Assembly (NCBI RefSeq): GCF_902713615.1
Contig: NC_052153.1
Coordinates: 135,821,879 to 135,885,878, forward strand
DNA length: 64,000 nt
Source of the DNA: Scyliorhinus canicula
Taxonomy: Eukaryota
Reading direction: 5' to 3'
The position numbers and the translations under genes were made by a program. The stretch's first letter is position 1, and each line of letters starts with the position of its first letter. Shown one piece after another: positions 51,668 through 63,988 of the stretch. The notes beneath the pieces were generated by a model that was not told the origin of the DNA, did no database searches, and saw nothing but the letters and a program-made list of their open reading frames with translations.

Positions 51668-52597
51668 ATTTTAACAACTAATAAAATAAATCAAATAAAC
51701 TGAGGGACAAAGAAAAGGGGCAGCCCTTAAAGGAATACCGACTGTACCAAAAAGCAAATCACAAATGAAACTCAAAATGTCAAATCGAAGTGTGATTGAA
51801 AGGGTCGATAAGGTACCCCAGTCCCTGCAGTACCCACCAGGCATAGAATGCCTCGACGGTGCCAGCAGACACCACATGCTCCCTGTCTCTGGACACCCGG
51901 ACACGAATGTGGCAGCAGTAGAGGGGCAGACAGTTGGATTGTACGCCTTGTTGATTGCCCACTGCCTGAACCTGTTGATGGCACATTTGACCAGACCATG
52001 GAGCAGGTTCGCAAAGAGGTCCTTCACCCTGCATGCCCCAGGTGCACATAGATCGGGAGCTAAATTGCAAACAAAGCTGTTTTAAAAAGTTCTTTAAAAA
52101 TCTGAAAAACAACCTATATAAGCTTGGTCCATGTACTCCACAAGGCCGCAAAAAGGGCAGGCACCTTGGGAGCCTGTGAACTGATGCATCCTTCAGTAGC
52201 ATGGGGCTGCGTGTGCAACTGCCTCCACAGAGCGATCTCCACTGCGGACCTGCACTGCCGGATGGCAACAAGGAAAAGAAGAAGGGTGTGCAGTAGCAAC
52301 CCATACAGGAAATGCCTCTGCATGCCGTGAAAGGGCATGGAGGGCCCTTCGGTTTATTTTGTGTCGAAACAGGAATCAATGAAAAGAAACCAAATAAACT
52401 GAGGGACAAATTAAAGGGATAGACACGCAAAGAGATACTATCTGAACTAAAAAGCACATCACAAATGAAACTTAAAACATCGAATCAAAATGTGATTGAA
52501 AGGGCCAACAAGGCATCCCTGTCCCCTCGGTGCCCACCAAGCACGGAAGGCCTCGACGGTGCCAGTGGGCTCCGCATGCTCACTCTCCAGAGACACA
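51668..52597 (-). mobile_element. Two tandem Tx1-like LINE 3' fragments
   Basis: ORF2 end CLPLYCCHIRVRVSRDREHVVSAGTVEAF; the 3' end at about 51690-51895 recurs diverged at about 52390-52597. Confidence 0.75.
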
Positions 52598-53145
52598 TAC
52601 CTATTCACATTCCTTAGCTTTGATAGATGAACCAATTATGCTTAGTTATTTAATTGTGATATAAGCTAGTGCCACTGATTACACAATGAGGTCCCCATTC
52701 TCTGAATTCCAAGTCTTTCATTCAGCATTCGCTGAGGGAGGCTAACAGATGTACTGTATCGGAGACAAGAGCCAAAGTTTTCAGAGCTCATCAGGCCACC
52801 GAGCTCCAACATGTGTTGTTTCAGTGGCATCCTCGCAGACCATTCCCCTCACCCCCATTCTATGCCTGAGCAGTTTGCACATAATGGCATTCAGTTAACC
52901 CATGGGCCTTATGCCTTCACTTTTCACGAGACCAGAGGACTGAAGAGGGTCTCTGAAGTATGCATGTATCTGTCACGCTGAGTAGAGAGAGCTTGTGTGG
53001 GGTCTTGGTAAGTGTGGGATATTGTAAGGGAGTGGAGCAATGGCAGACGACAAGTCCAGCAGTGATTGACCATCAGTCGGATGCTCTGGTGGACATTGGT
53101 CACTCAATCTCTCTCTTCCCTTTCAGTTAGTACACAGATACAGAC

Positions 53146-54340
53146 ATGGAGTCAGGAGAATTGGCAGTAATTTTTCTTGCCATGAGGCAGGAGAGAAAAA
53201 GCCAATGTTAACATGCGGCTTTCCTGAAGGCAGGGAGAGAACCCCGGAGAGGAAGGGGTGGCCAGGTCTGCTCAGCTGCCAGAGGCGGGGGTCACAGAAA
53301 GTATCCACTCGGAAGCACCATCAACCACCCTGAGTTTGCAAACAGTGGTTTATATTCTTGGAGGTGAGTGAAATGCAGTGCAGGACGAGATGCTGGATGT
53401 CATGTTGACAAGTTCTCCAAGAGTGGACGTCACATGGACTCGGAAGCCACCCACTACCTGTCACTGTAAAGGTTACAGCCACCCTAAATATTTTTGCCAC
53501 TGGCTCCTTTCAGGGCTCCACTGGTGCCCTTTGTGGCAAATCCTACTTTTCCGTACATAAGTGCATTCGGGAGATTACAGATACTCTCTTCGCAAGGGCG
53601 CATCACTACATCATATTTGACTGGAACCAGTCTATCTAGGACACTAGAACAATGAGGTTCACCCAGATAGCTGGCTTCCCACAAGTGCAGTAATACACTG
53701 ATTGCATGCACATGGCTCTCTGTTCCACCCCCCACCCCCTCCCCCCCACAGGCGTCCAGGTTTCCCCTTCATAAACCTCAAGGACTTCCACTCACTGAAT
53801 GTCCAGGTTGTCCGCGACAATGCCAAGTGCATCCTGCAGGTGTGTGCTAGGTTTTCAGGGAGCGTACATGACAGTTGTATTCTTGGCTGCTCTTAGATAC
53901 CGGAGGCCTTTAAGGGAGCTCATCAGCTACAGGGTTGGTTCCTCATGGACAAGGCGTACACCTTCAGGGCATGGCTGATGATGTCAGTGTGGAGGCCACG
54001 GTGTGCCGCAGAGACCTTTTACAATGAGGCTCATGCTGTTACTCGCGCGTTGGTAGAGAAGCAATTCTGGTGCCTGAACTGGTCAGGTGGCGCCCTCTAA
54101 CGTTGCCCCAAGAGGGTTTCACGCATCATTGAATGGTGCGCCTTTCACAACCTGGCACTGCAATTGGCGAGAAGCTGGCAGATGAGGAGATGGACAAGCA
54201 GTAGATCTCCTCTTATGAGGACATCGAGGAGTGCTCCATGGAGGAACGCCTGGAAGAGACAGAGACAGAGGAAGGTCATCAGGAAATGAGGCAAATGGGG
54301 AGATGAGCTTGGGACATTTTGATAACCTCCCAGATGACCA
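53146..54340 (+). pseudogene. Harbinger (HARBI1-like, DDE_Tnp_4) transposase pseudogene
   Basis: HPLPVTVKVTATLNIFATGSFQ, GFPQVQ*YTDCMH, FINLKDFHSLNVQVV...ARFSGSVHDS, GWFLMDKAY...WLMM, YNEAHAVTRALVE; several stops. Confidence 0.9.
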
Positions 54341-54549
54341 GGACTAGGGTGGCACTGGTGACCATCATGGGAGGTGGCCCTTCCTCACTGAACGGTGGCA
54401 GTGCGACCCCAACCCTGATATTGCTCCTGTTATAGGAAGGGTGGGGTTGCCTTTAGTCCAAAAAATACAGGAGGATGATGCTGACCTGTAGTGAGGATAA
54501 AGCATTGGCCTCAAAGAGCGACTGCGAATGTCTGACTCCTGCTTGGCTG

Positions 54550-55810
54550 AAGGCAGCTCATCACCAGAGTGATGATACAGGACATAATCATCTTCGTTGA
54601 TGCAGGCTCCTCCATAGTTAGGGGTGCCTTTGAGGATCACTGGTGTCAAAGGAATGGCTCTCACAATAGTGTAGCTGCCTGGTTTCTTGTGCAGAGATCA
54701 GACTTTCCAAAATGACTGAGTTGAGTGGTGGTGTTGACCATAGAGAGAGGGCTCTTCATGATCAAGGTGACATTGGCCCGAAGTGTCCAGTCAGTGTGAA
54801 GGAAGGCCAACCAGTGAGCTGTCATCCCTTCCAGATGTTTGCAAGTTCGCCTTTGTAGGTCCAGCAGCTGAGGGATGAATGAGTTCAGGGGCACGTCATC
54901 TAACTGGGTCAGCAAAGTTCTGGCCTCTTGCAGTCCTCGTGTGTGCTGGATTCCTGGGACGTACCAACCTCCACCTGCTGTGTGTCATCAGAAGTGAGGT
55001 GCTTACTAGCTAGTGACCCAAAAACCTATCTATGTGTGTATATGCACTGGTGGAGGGTTAGGTGACAGCTGTGACACCTCTTCAATGTAAAATCCGAGAA
55101 TTTTTCAGAGCTGCTCTCCTGGCTGGTCCCCAAAGCCACACTTGTGGATGGACTGGGCTGCTCTACTAACTTTCCTGCAAGGGTAGGGAAATAGGATTAG
55201 TGCATGGCAGGGGGCATAAGGATAGGAGAGAGAAAATTCATGTGAATAACGACAGGTGGATAATTGTGTTGTGGGTCCTCACATTTTTCTCTTGCACATT
55301 CAGCGCAGGAGCGGTCCTCTTCCACCTCGACAAGCAGGAGGGCTTCCTCCTCGAACAGTGAGAGGATTTTCGAACAGTTCAGACGTGCCTCTGCCTGACT
55401 GTGTCTTTTATTTTTTATTGCGAGCCAACGCGTCCTGCAAGGGGACAGATGGGGGGAATGTTAACAGGATGCTTGTCAGGTCAGATGGTAAGGATGGGTT
55501 GGATTGAGGAGAGGAGCTGCAGGGGAGATGAGGAGATGAGTGGGAGGCCCCGTGACGTGGCATTCAGGGAGCTACCAGTGGATTTGTGATGGGTGTGTGA
55601 GTGGGTAAGTGTTGAGAAATGAGAAGAGTGACCCAACATGGTTGCACATAGGAGATCATTCATCATCTTCTCCCATGTGGGGATGGTGATTTTGCTGGTT
55701 GGTCTTCTGCCAGCCCGAGGGTACAGAATGCCTTGCCTCTTCTCCACTGCATCCAGCATTTGGGTCAGTGCTCCCTCAGAAAAACTCAGCGCAGGCTTCC
55801 TCGCAGCCAT
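54550..55810 (-). pseudogene. Harbinger Myb/SANT-like DNA-binding protein pseudogene (multi-exon)
   Basis: ORF 55481-55810 MAARKPALSFSEGALTQMLDAVEKRQGILYP...W...MNDLL; further exon-like pieces follow tgcag acceptors near 55435 and 55175. Confidence 0.8.
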
Positions 55811-56400
55811 CCTCTTGACTGGACTTGGAACAAATGCTGCGGAGGTGTTTAAATGGTGTCACTCTCATAATTGAGGTTCTCAGGTAATACTGGGCGGGTG
55901 AATCAGCACAGGTGTGGCGTGAAACTCATGCAAAACCTTTTTTCCAAGTGGCTAAAAATGAAACTTAACCAAAATTTCTGCCCATGGTCTTACAGTTACT
56001 AGTTGAAAGAATTACATGGCAAGCTTTCACATTTTTAAACTATTACTGCAACAAATGATTAAAAGCAGCACTGACTAAATACTATTTATTCTGTGGGCAC
56101 ACATACTCTAAACTAGAGACAAAATTTACCTTTTATACTTATCACACATCACACTTGCCATGGAATTACAGTCCTTCCACCGAACAGTCCACAGATGCAC
56201 CCAGTTTCCAATTGGTCCTGCATCCTCACTTCACTACGCAGTAGCTTTGAGTGACTGTCTTTAGTTGCTTTCCTCAGCTTTTAGGGAGTTTCTTAAATTT
56301 ACCACCAGCAATTAAGCCTGTTCAGATCATTCTTCCTATCCTTGGCCATGCCAGAATAAATCCCCCAGAGTCAGTAGAAGGCTTCAGGATGTGACTCTTC

Positions 56401-56847
56401 TTTTATTTTTGAAAAGTAGAGTACCCAATTATTTATTTATTTTTCAATTAAGGGGCAATTTAGCGTGGCCAATTCAGCTAACCTGCACATCTTTTTGGGT
56501 TGTGGGGGTGATACCTACGTACACATGGGGAGAATGTGCAAACCCGACACGGATAGGAGCCCAGGGCCGGGATCGAACCCGGGTCCTCGGCACCATGAGG
56601 CAGGAGTGCTAACCACTGCTCCACTGTGCCGCCCTGCTGTCACTAATGTGGATTTGAATGTTTTAGCTATCATGGCTCAATCAAACTTATTAATCATGCT
56701 GTTGGTTAGTAAACAGTCAATGTTTGATATGTATAATTGCTGAGATGCAAACTCGACACAGACAGTGGACCGGGGCCAGGATCGAACCCGGGTTCTCAAC
56801 GCCGTGAGGCAGCAGTGCTAACCACTACGCCACCGCACCATCCCCTG
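56401..56847 (-). mobile_element. Composite SINE (head + foreign spacer + full short V-SINE) within one TSD
   Basis: TSD atgtgactcttc at 56389-56400 and 56850-56861. Confidence 0.85.
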
Positions 56848-57044
56848 GAATGTGACTCTTCAATTAGAGACTGTTTCCTTCCCACATCCGACTAAGGGGG
56901 CTCACAAAGTCAATAAGCCTTTTCGCTCTGCAGGCTACAAGGAACATCTGGCTGCCTGTGATATTTATTGATTTGAAGGGCAGCCTTTAACCTGAACTCT
57001 GCTCTCTTCCCTATGGCAATATAAAACTCATGAGCATGATATCT

Positions 57045-57707
57045 AGGTTGGGTAAACATCACCAAAAATCTGTCCTGGTCCACCCACGTCGACGCTACCA
57101 CCAAGAAAGAACAACAGCGCCTATACTTTCTCAGGAAACTAAGGAAATTCGGAATGTCCACATTAACTCATCCCAACTTTTACAGGTGCACCCATAGAAA
57201 GCATCCTATCTGGCTGCATCACAGCCTGGTATGGCAACTGCTCGGCCCGAGATAGCAAGAAACTTCAGAGAGTTGTGAGCACAGCCCAGTCCATCACACA
57301 AACCTGCCTCCCATCCATTGACTCTATCTGCACCTCCCGCTGCCTGGGGAAAGCGGGCAGCATAATCAAAGACCCTTCCCACCCGGCTTACTCAATCTTC
57401 CAACCTCTTCTATCAGGCAGGAGATACAAAAGTCTGAGAACACGCACAAATACGCAAAAACAGCTTCGTCCCCGTTCTTTCCAGACTCCTAAACGACCCT
57501 CTTATGGACTGACCTGATTAACATTACACCCCTATATGCTTCACCCGATGCCGGGGTTTATGTAGTTACATTGTGTACCTTGTGTTGCCCTATCATGTAT
57601 TTTATTTTAATTTTATTTTCATGTACTTGATGATCTGTTGAACTGCTCGCAGAAAATACTTTTCACTGTACCTCGGTACACGTGACAATAAACCAATTCA
57701 AATCCAA
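57045..57707 (+). mobile_element. Rex1/Babar 3' fragment
   Basis: QQRLYFLRKLRKFGMS...GCITAWYGNCS and tail. Confidence 0.88.
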
Positions 57708-59708
57708 ATATTAATTAGCTATGTTTGACCTCAACTCCTTTTCACCTTAGAAATAAATGGATAATTTGCAGCACAACTATTTATAGCCTGATACCTCTCA
57801 CGCCTTGCTGGGCCTTTGGGAGAGTCGGGGTCTACTCTGAGGCAAACTCAGAGGCTGCTGCCATTTTCTTCAAGCATAAATATCTTGCATCTTCTTCTCA
57901 GGAAAACAATCTAAGACTTCCTTTGATCTCTGGTGATCAATCCACCCTGGTTTACAGTCAGGAAAACTTCAGAACAGGTTACATGACCCTCTTCATTTTA
58001 CCCTAAATTTAAAGCTAGTGTCCAAAATATAATAATCTTATAAACCTCATAATTGTACAATATATGTACTTTTTATCCTCTTTCCTTTGATCTCAATGCT
58101 ACACACCTTCCTTGCTCAGAGGGAAAGCAACTGACCTGCTACCATTCTGCCCTGATGAAGGGTACTGAGGAACAGACCAATATGGTGCTTCCTCCAGCGA
58201 GTCCACTTTCGATCTTTGTTCTGTGCCTGCTGATGATGGGAGACTCCTATGGTGTCCCGTACTATACAGCATAGTGCTTTGAAACAAGAGCATTATTTTG
58301 AACAATAATTCACTCACCTTTTTAAACATGTAAGTGCTGCCCTTATTGTGACTATTTCATACCTAGAGCTTAGTATTCCAAAACAATACTGAACATTTTT
58401 TGGAAGTTGCTGGTTTTAAATGAAATACAGCAGCACTATAACACTCTCTGTCTCACAGGGAAGAACATGATGCATGTGTCTATAAAACTGCATGAAATTT
58501 GTGTGAACACACATATACTTATTTATCTGGATGCCTGCAGAATGTGGTGGAAAATGTTAACACCCACTTATGGACAACATGTTCACTAAAAGCAGCCAAG
58601 CAAATCTGCTCTATACAGCTGGTTCTAGAAGAAAACAACTCCTTAAAGAGTAACATTAGATGTACTGCACCATTTTGCTATTTCTGGAATATCCTGAAAC
58701 ATGTATTGCTTTACTGTTAGTTAAAAGGGAAATGAAATTCAGGCAGAGTTTCATTTCATTACTAGCTGCTATCACTAAAGATATTTCTTATTCTATTGGT
58801 GGCAACACTTATATTTCAGCATTGAAATTATGGACTAGATTTCCCTCTGTTATAACACTGGAAATTACAGCAAGGGAATGTGCAGGCTGAATAATAGTGG
58901 AAAAGACAGGCAAACCAGGCAATGTGGTGTAATACCACCACCCGACAATTTGAACTTCCAATGCCTTGTCCATAATGGGACTATTGACAGACATCCCTGC
59001 CTTAGCTACTGCACACAGATGTCACCAAAGGGTGGGCTCAGCTTCCTGGCCCATTTCCATCCCATCCAACTTCCACAGGAGTACCTTGGGAAAGATGATT
59101 GTGAGCCCAGACTAGTAGCAGTGAGGTGCTAAACTTTCTGAATAGACAAATGGCCCATGTGAGCCGAGTGGAGGCCTCCTTCCATTTCGGCTTCACAGCA
59201 AGGTCAAGGCCTTGGCTGAAACTTTACAAAGATTTCTTCTTCTTCTCCTTTGGACTTTTCTGCCTCTTCAAATGACTGGTTATCTCTTATGATGTTGCAT
59301 TGCTGGTTTCAGTCTAGCATTACTGGGATCTTTCACAATCTCAGTGGCAGACTCCCATTTGAAAGCAGAAAATGTTAGCCCAGGAACCTGTCTTGTATTG
59401 CAACTGATGTACGAAAATGAGGTAGGGTTTCAGTAATCGCATGGCATTGGGGAGAATTCCTTTCGAACTCCAAGAGGAGAGTCTAGCTCTATGATAGCAC
59501 TTCATGCCCTCTGAGTCCCTGGAATTTTCACCTTGATTCAGTCGCAGATGGAAAATGACAATAGAGTTGAATGCTTTTCTGCTGAAGGTCAAACTCGTAC
59601 TGGCGATGGCACAACTGATGGTCTGAATGGTTGTATTTCACGTATGTGTCTAAACAGTGAGTACCAGGAGTTGTTTTTTTAAATGTTTAACAGTGCACAA
59701 ATCACTAA

Positions 59709-59986
59709 TGGGCAGCACAATAGCACAGTGGTTAACATTGTGGCTTCACAGCGCCAGGTTCGACTCCCAGCTGGTTCACTGTCTGTGCAGAGTCTGTACG
59801 TTCTCCCCGTGTCTGCGTTGGTTTCCTCCCGGTGCTCCGATTTCCTCCCACTGGTCCTGAAAGACGTGCTGTTAAGTAATTTGGACATTCTGAATTCTCC
59901 CTCTGTGTACCCGAACTGGCGCCGGAATGTGGTGACTAGGGATTTCTGCACATTAAGCCTACTTGTGACAATAAAGATCATTATAA
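59709..59986 (+). mobile_element. V-SINE with gtggtgactaggg...gtgacaataaag tail
   Basis: Same subfamily as 3519-3784. Confidence 0.82.
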
Positions 59987-60804
59987 TGGGGGTGCAAACA
60001 CACCTGTCTTTTCCCCGATACCTGTGGAAACTCCTTTCATTCCCAATGCTGAATGTTTTGCCCAGTCTTGTTTATGTCAGTTGGACCCCTCCACACCCAC
60101 TAAGGTTTGTTGACCAATCATGTCTCCAAGGCAATAGTCCACTTGACTCCTGGCCAAGCCATTTCACATCCTTCCTTTTCAGAATTCTGCAGGTTTCATC
60201 GAGTATAAGCAGAACCTTTATAGGTATAATTAATATGCATGGAGGGACATATGTTCAACATGGTTTTTTTCCCCTAAAATTATCATGATGCGTGGACGGA
60301 CATCAAGGCAGTTAATACCTCCACTGTAAAAATCAGGCATGTTGCATATAATTTTTCCAGTTCCTGTGCATGCAGCATATAAAATCTAATTCCATTCCAC
60401 AAGGAGAAAAACGCACTGGAAATAAAACAGTTATGCTCTTGGAATGAATTCACAAATGCATCTTCCAAGTTTTAGTTTCTATCACAAGCAGTTTTGTTCA
60501 GTGTTCAAAAGAACTCCCAAGGCTCTTGGTGTGGGGGATGGGGAGGGAAAGGAGCTCTCCCACTTGTCGGAATTCCAGGATGGGCTCAGTTAGAATACTC
60601 TCTCGTGTGTGCTGTGGATTGGATTTGTATGAAATCGCACAATCGAAAGAACTGTAACAGCTCAGAAAATAAAATCCCTCTCAAGGGGAAGGCAACTTTG
60701 ATGGTGAAATAATTGTGTGTGATTGTGTTGCAGGTAAATTTTGAAGGTCACAGGGATTAATTTTTTGGCACATGTTGGGATAATTAATAGGATAGGATTG
60801 TGAG

Positions 60805-60862
60805 ACTGTGAGCGAGAGAGACAGTGAGAGAGAGAGACAGAGAGAAAGAAAGTGAGAGAGAA
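60805..60862. repeat. Degenerate (GA)n tract
   Basis: Direct inspection. Confidence 0.7.
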
Positions 60863-62437
60863 ACTCTCATTGGGCGCAGATTCCAGACACACTGGCTGGA
60901 TTCTCTGGGCCTCTCTGCTAAATGTGGGATTCATGATGGTCCACTGAATCCCACGTCAGGCCAAAATTGGGATTTGTGCTGGGTGTCAAACAAGTCACGA
61001 GTCTCCTAGCCCATCCCACTGGCCATAACAGGAAACCTGACATCCCCAATGAGCTGCCCACCTCACCCAATGAGAACATGAGAATATCTCATCAGAACTC
61101 TTCAGCATGTCACTGACCAGAAGGGTGCCCGATTCACCCGCCAGCTGGGGTGCCGCGCCCACTCCCCCGCCAGCCAAGAGTCACGCTAACGTGAATTAGT
61201 GAAAGTCCTGAGGAACGTGGACCTGGCACCATGCAGTCCAAGAGTTTCAAGGGGGCAAGTACCTTGCCTAAAATTGCCTCTAGCGGTTGTTCATGGGAGG
61301 TGGGAGTCAGGGGGGCCTATGCTCGGCTGGAGAGGCGCTGGCCAGAGGTCTTTCCTGGGATGGGGTTCATTTGGCTGCTCTCTCCATCTGCAGCCTTTAA
61401 AACCTCTAAATAGTCAGTATCTAAAAATGTATGTTTCTCACAATAAAGTGAAAATGTTTTCATCTGCACCCCGAAACCTTTTGAACAGTCTGTCAATATG
61501 GCGAATTCACGGATCTGTGAGATGAATGTAAAAGTGTTCCCTTTAATATGGTGGAAACCTTTGAAGTGATTTTAAAGTATTGAAGACTGTGTGTATATCT
61601 AGAAGGCTAAAAGCTTTGAACGGCATTGTTTACATTCAAAATCACGCACCATTGCCTGATAAAAGCTTTTCAATTGTTAGGTTGTGGCAGATGAATAAAG
61701 AATGTTTATTTATCTAGCTCTGCAGAGATCCATTCACTCAGGGGAGCAGGTGGTTTGCTAACCACAGTTTTTTTTTAAAGAGGTTATTTCCTTGTTCTCA
61801 AGTGCTTCTTAGAAAGAGCAGAGTCCATCGCCAATCGCAGCACCACCACCAGAAGCAAGTTCAAGTTCAACGCTCGCTACCAGACGGATGAGCCCAGTTG
61901 AGGAGCAGTTACTTCTCCAGACCCAGTAGACCCAGATTCGAATGAGGGCCACTGTTCCTCTGACCTAAACCAGGTGCCTGAAGTTAAGTGCAGGTTATCA
62001 TAGTTGTTAGGTGTACTTCAACATGTAGTGCTTATGTTGCATGTGTAAGTTAATCTTGTGTGTAAATAAAGTACCATTAATCTTGAACTAACTAACTGGT
62101 TGTTTGGCTCTTTAATTGATACCCGATTGAACCTTGTGGCGGTATCATTCGATACCTGGAGACTCTGAGAGCATATCATACTGATACCCATATTAAGAAA
62201 GGCAACCTTATTGACGGCCATATTTAGAGCAAACAAAAAAGGCAATGAGTGCAGCTCCAACAACAACGTGGGAGCAAGAACCCATCCAGGACAAAGAAGT
62301 GTGCTTGAACAGCATGCCATTTATTGATGAGCAATTTGCTTTGAAATTGAAAGTCACCACACAATACTTTAGAAAAAAGTGCCCCTTGTTTTTCTGTTTT
62401 TAACTTTCAATGCATTCCACTGTTTACATTTCCAATG

Positions 62438-63988
62438 TGTTACGATCCATGTAGCTGCTGGACCTGGACTAGAAAATCCCATAATGGAACCCTGGCTTAA
62501 AAGACCATGGGCGGGATTCTCTGACACCCCACCGGGTCGGAGAATTGCCAGGGGTCAGCGTGAATCCGGCCCTCGCCATCCTCCTAATTCTCCGGCCCAT
62601 CAAAAATCAGCCCACCCGCCTTGGAAAATGGCAGGGACCGGCGCGACTCAATGGGCGATGGGGCTGCCCGAATTCTCTGGCCCATGATGGGTCAAAGTCC
62701 CACCCTTCTGTTGCCAGTCTCACCAGCGTAAATTCGAGTAGGTCCCTTACTGGCGGGACCTGGCGGCACGGGCGGATGCCAGGGTTCTTGGGGGGGGATC
62801 TGGCCCCGGGGGGTGCCCCCACGGTGTCCTGGCCCGCGATCGGGGCCCACCAATCCACGGGCCAGCCTGTGCCGTAGGGGCACTCTATCCTTCTGCACCG
62901 GAGGCTGTACCGGTCCGCCATTCCCAGTGCGGAAACGAAGCCCTCTGTGCATGCACGGGGATGATGTCAGCATGCGCTGGCGCTCCTACGCATGCGCCAA
63001 CCCGCGCCGGCTGGCGGAGGCCCTTCGGCGCTGGTTGGCATGGAGCCAAGCCCCTTTCCCGCCGGCGAGTGGGGCGCAAACCATTCCGCCGCCGGCCTAG
63101 CCCCTGAAGTTGCGGAGGATTTCGCACCTTTTGGGCGGCTCGACACCGGAGTAGTTAACGCCACTCCATCCTGGCAGGACCCTCCGCCCCGCCGGGAAGG
63201 GGTAAATCCCGCCCCGTAACTTTTAAAAAAATAAAATGTGGAGGAACAGATCACAGGGATGGTAATTAGATTTAACACCAAGGACAAAATATTTATTAAG
63301 CCTTAAAAGCTTAATTAGTATACAAAGAGAACAAAGAATATTACAGCACAGGAACAGACCATTTTGCCCCTCGGACAGTCCCTGGGGAGTTAATGTGCTT
63401 TCAGTTTCTGGAATCGTAATCTGTTTTTCAGCTTGGGGAGATGATGTCAGTGCTGGGTGGAGCTATTTTTTGAGATGGCTTTTGAAGAAGTCTGATCTGA
63501 CTACCACAGAGTCCACAAGTAAAGGCAGCTTTCGTTCCAGTAGGATAGTTTTTTTAAAAAAGCGTATTTATTTTTTAAGCAGAGCAGTCTTGTCTGAAGA
63601 CAAGGAAGAGGCTGAAACAACCTAGTTAAAGCAGCTATTTGAAGATACTTAGCCAGAGTCTGAAGGGGTTCTAACTTGAGTTCAAGTCTGTTCTGCAAAG
63701 CTAGGATTACTCTATGCCTTGCTGATTGAGAGCTGTATGTTCCCTTTTTTGTTTATTGGGGAATTGAGCAGCATTGTTTTAGTAATTGTAAGCTATTCTT
63801 TTCAGGTGTGAAGTTAGAGTTTCATATTGTATTCGGAATACATTTTTGTTTTAAACTACCACAGCCCTATTTTGTGAGCCATTACTCCTGGGGCGAATCA
63901 TTCTTTCCATACAGTCTTAGAAAATAAACTAAAATATTGGGATTTCGGCCCAGCAACTATTGGGGTCTGGTCTGAGATTATTGTAACG
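62438..63988 (+). mobile_element. Solo LTR interrupted by a MITE and a short CR1 tail
   Basis: Termini tgttacga... / ...ttgtaacg (CA to CG); 4-bp TSD aatg (62434-62437) / tatg (63989-63992). Confidence 0.65.
62509..63214. mobile_element. GC-rich Harbinger-type MITE
   Basis: TIR gggcgggatt / aatcccgccc; TSD cat / cgt (one CpG-type change). Confidence 0.85.

Larger units (their letters stand above)
49707..55983. mobile_element. Decayed autonomous-type PIF/Harbinger transposon with nested insertions
   Basis: TIR-like ends ggccataattttg / caaaatttctgccc; convergent transposase and Myb/SANT-like genes. The TSD is not confirmed (taa vs atg), so the left boundary is uncertain. Confidence 0.75.

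Noticed and set aside
51780-52457. 225-aa ORF
   Set aside because: Chimeric read-through of two decayed Tx1 fragments.
53146-55810. Domesticated HARBI1/NAIF1-like host gene pair
   Set aside because: Both frames carry stops, frameshifts or deletions and lie between transposon ends.
59683-60288. 201-aa ORF
   Set aside because: The first half is a SINE translation and the rest has no coding signature.
61683-62270. LTR-like segment
   Set aside because: Composition suggests an LTR fragment, but I could not fix termini or a TSD, so it is not called.
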